DNA of 64,000 nucleotides from Plasmodiophora brassicae (Eukaryota): NCBI GenBank assembly GCA_036867785.1, contig CP145411.1, positions 186,001 to 250,000 of the forward strand, read 5' to 3'. Shown piece by piece: positions 61,188 to 64,000 of this stretch (position 1 is its first letter; each line of letters starts with the position of its first letter). The notes under the pieces were generated by a model. It saw only the letters and a program-made list of their open reading frames with translations, ran no database searches and was not told where the DNA came from. The position numbers and the translations under genes were made by a program.

Positions 61188-63558
61188 TTACGGCACGGGC
61201 GACCCGTCCAGGTGGGACGCCTCGTCGCGCGCCCTGGACGAGACTGGGACGCTTCCCGTTGGCCGTTCGGTGTCCTCTCCGTTCCGGGGCCATCCGGGCA
61301 GGTGCCTCTCGATCTTCCACTCCGTCAGCACCTGCACCTCGTCGTCGTGCAGGCGACGATCGCCGACTTGCAGATGGTACGCCAACACCAGCAACTGGCC
61401 GAGCAGGGCGCCGAACTGGTGCCCAACGTCGCGACGGCGCCCGTACTCGTCCTCGGCGGCGTTGATCCAGTACAGAGCGCACGCGCCCAGGCTCCAACGG
61501 TCCGACGCGAACGTGTACCGGCGCTCGGGCGCCAGTGCCTCCGGGGCGATGAACCCGTCGGTGCCATACACGACGCCGTCGCCGCCGTCCACCAGGTCGG
61601 ACGCGCGACAGGCGGCGTCGAAATCGGTGAGGCGCCACCGACGGTCCTCCATCGAGTACATGAGGTTGTTGACGGAGATGTCGCGGTGCATGATGCCGGC
61701 GCGCTTCATCGTCTGCAACGCGTCCAGACCGTCGACGAACAATCGAATCAGGACGGCGGCCATGCCCGCCAGCGACAGGTCGGTCAGATCGATACGATCC
61801 AGGCGTTGCTCGACGAGCACGATGCCGGCGTCGCCCCGGTCCTCGACAAGGCGGACGATGCCCGGGCCCTGTGCCGCTCGCAGCAGGTCGATCTCGAGCT
61901 GCCTGCTCTTCGGCTTTCTTTTGATGGCGACGCGGGACCCGTCCGGCCGTCGCAGAAGGCGCACCGACACGCCCGACGACGAGTCGAATTCGGCCTCAAC
62001 GACGTCCCGGGTGCGAGGGCGCTTCGGCGGACGCTGTGACGACGTCCCCGAGGAACGTTGCGAGGAACGCGCCGATGAGCGCAGCGCGTGACTGGACCTC
62101 GAGCGCGGCGGCGACCCGAACTCGTCCGGATAGGGGAACGGCGGCGACAGGTCGGCCTTGTGGCCGTCGAGCAGGCGGTCGTACTCGACAGCGTACTGAC
62201 GGACGGCGTCGGCAAAAGTGAACAGCGGGCGCAGGTACTCCAGCTTGACGGTGCCGTCTTCGGCAAAGACGCGGGCACTGGGCCCTCGGACCGAACGGCC
62301 GTCGTAGCGGGCGCGGTCGTTCCGGTCGAGCTGGTCGACGTCGTCCGGATTGCACAGATCACCGGGCGGGATGGCGAGCGGAACCGGATCCTGCTCCACG
62401 TCGTTGCCGAACAGATCAAACGACGGCAACGGGTGCAGGACGAGCGAGGCGCGCGACCGACTTGTCACGGTCGCCCTCGTCGGCGAGGTCTGGGACCAGA
62501 ACATACGGCTGAGCTCGGCCACCGCCACACAGCAGACCGAAGACGCGTAGCCGGGCGCGATCGTCGCGAGGCGCTTGGCGCAGGACGCCCAGCTGAGCGA
62601 TAAGGGAGGCGGCCATGGCGACAGCCATCTTCCGGAAGTCCTTGTGGTCGCAGTCTTCCATCACGTCGTGCGCGGCGATCTCGGCCAGCAATATGGGGAG
62701 ACGACGGGCGCGCCGCATCGGATCATCGTTGCCGGTCACCGGCGTCGTCGACAGCGTCACCGCGTAGTCGACGAACTGGTCAGGAAACCCGTCCAGCACC
62801 TGGGCAAGCGCAAACTCGACATGCGAGAAGATGCTGGGCGATTGCGATTCGGGGACGCGTAACGCCGCGTCCAGCACGCGATCCCACACCCGGCCGTGGA
62901 ATTGGAGCTCGGGGCGGCAGAGCGGGCTCGGGACGAAAGTCCTGAGCGGGCTCGGGACGAAAGTCCTGAGCGGCAGCGCGGCCAGCAGGTACGCGATCGT
63001 GACGCTCAGCTGGTCGCTGTTGTGGTTCGGGCGCAGGATGTGGCTGGCAGCGAATGAGAAATCACGGTCGGGCATGGCGGCCTCGTGCAGGTCGTCGGGC
63101 ATTGGTAGTTGGAGCGGGGAGAACCGCCCCTGCGAATCAAACAGGCCGGCGAGCGCAAACGCCGCCACGTGGACGACCCCGTACCCGGCTAAGGAGTGGG
63201 CTCGCGCCACCGACACGATCTGGTAGGACGCGCCTCGACGGCGCGGATTCGCAGTCAGATAGCGCGACGCCACATCTGTCGCGAGCTCGGCAAGGCTGCC
63301 GCACGTGAACGGGACCGCAGGCTTAGGTGCGGGCGGATGCAGGCACGACCAGAAGTTGTTGATGAACACGGTCCGGTCCTCGCTGGGCGCCTCGTCATCC
63401 CAGACGAAGAATTGGTGAAGGTTTGAGCGTTTCTGGTACCGGAGGACCCTGCCGTCAAAGCTGCCAATGAGACGAGCCCGCCCCTGGCTGAGGTCGCGTA
63501 CGACGACGGCGACCTCCTGGGCTGTCGTCGTGTCGGTGATGCGCCTGTTGCCGTCCAT
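61188..63558 (-). CDS. Crinkler-type REase-like domain + FunK1/CRN8-like protein kinase (two ORFs joined by a 46-nt intron 62461-62506 or a frameshift)
   Basis: VDYAV..PILLAEI..DFRKMA..RVFGLL; kinase VAIK, E (LEIDLL), HRDISVNNLM, LTDFD, GTDGFIAPE, SDRWSLG. Confidence 0.7.
62921..62968. repeat. Perfect 24-bp tandem duplication (in frame, LRTFVPSP x2)
   Basis: agcgggctcgggacgaaagtcctg at 62921 and 62945. Confidence 0.9.
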
Positions 63559-64000
63559 GTCGGTCGAAGTGCGGGCGGCGGGCGGGCGGCGAGCGGCGGC
63601 GGTATGCGAGTGCGGGCGGCATCCCCGAGAGCCCCCTCCCCTCCCCGAGTCCGCGTCACGCAACATCCCCGCAGCCCTCATCATGGGACAGTCTGGCACG
63701 GATCAGTCAGCACGCGCTGTTCAAGACCCGTCTACCTAAGCACGGGCGGGCCCCAGGTTGCGTCTGACCTGCACGCCAGTGCAGGTGCACCGGGACTGCC
63801 CAACCCGGAAGGTGGCCCTGCGTGTACCAACGATTACCGTCGAGTTGCACGTCGTTGCACCGTGTGGACATCTGGTGCGTGCGCTGACCCCCAATCATAC
63901 GAAGTAAGAATTCAGTGTGCTGTTCGAGGATGTGTTCACTTCAGACATGGCGTCGATTATGGAGCTGTACTTCATGCCCAGGTCGGCGCTGTTTGAAGTG

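Overview
Gene-dense, GC-rich (~60%) eukaryotic DNA with short (~45-60 nt) spliceosomal introns; no prokaryotic features such as CRISPR, rRNA, tRNA or IS elements were seen. A BBSome gene (implying a flagellated stage), Crinkler-like proteins, many signal-peptide proteins and the compact introns suggest a plasmodiophorid-type protist pathogen such as Plasmodiophora brassicae; this is inference, not proof. Housekeeping genes: TAF1, SYS1, RRP5, BBS4, GDP-mannose pyrophosphorylase, PRP3, TCP11-like, RhoGEF, acetylornithine deacetylase. Hydrolases: A1, M28 and S28 peptidases and a GH26 glycosidase. Most notable observations: (1) a signal-peptide + basic NLS-like patch + Trf4/TENT4-type non-canonical poly(A) polymerase, joined through a GC-AG intron, which is a candidate RNA-tailing effector; (2) an mRNA capping-enzyme homologue with both catalytic motifs degenerate; (3) an inverted three-gene duplication (UBL-UBA / BTB-TLDc / GH26) about 30 kb apart with reciprocal gene loss; (4) three Crinkler-type nuclease/kinase loci; (5) a signal-peptide FAD-oxidase-methyltransferase fusion with a 1-nt frameshift. 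Exon boundaries were read by eye and are approximate.
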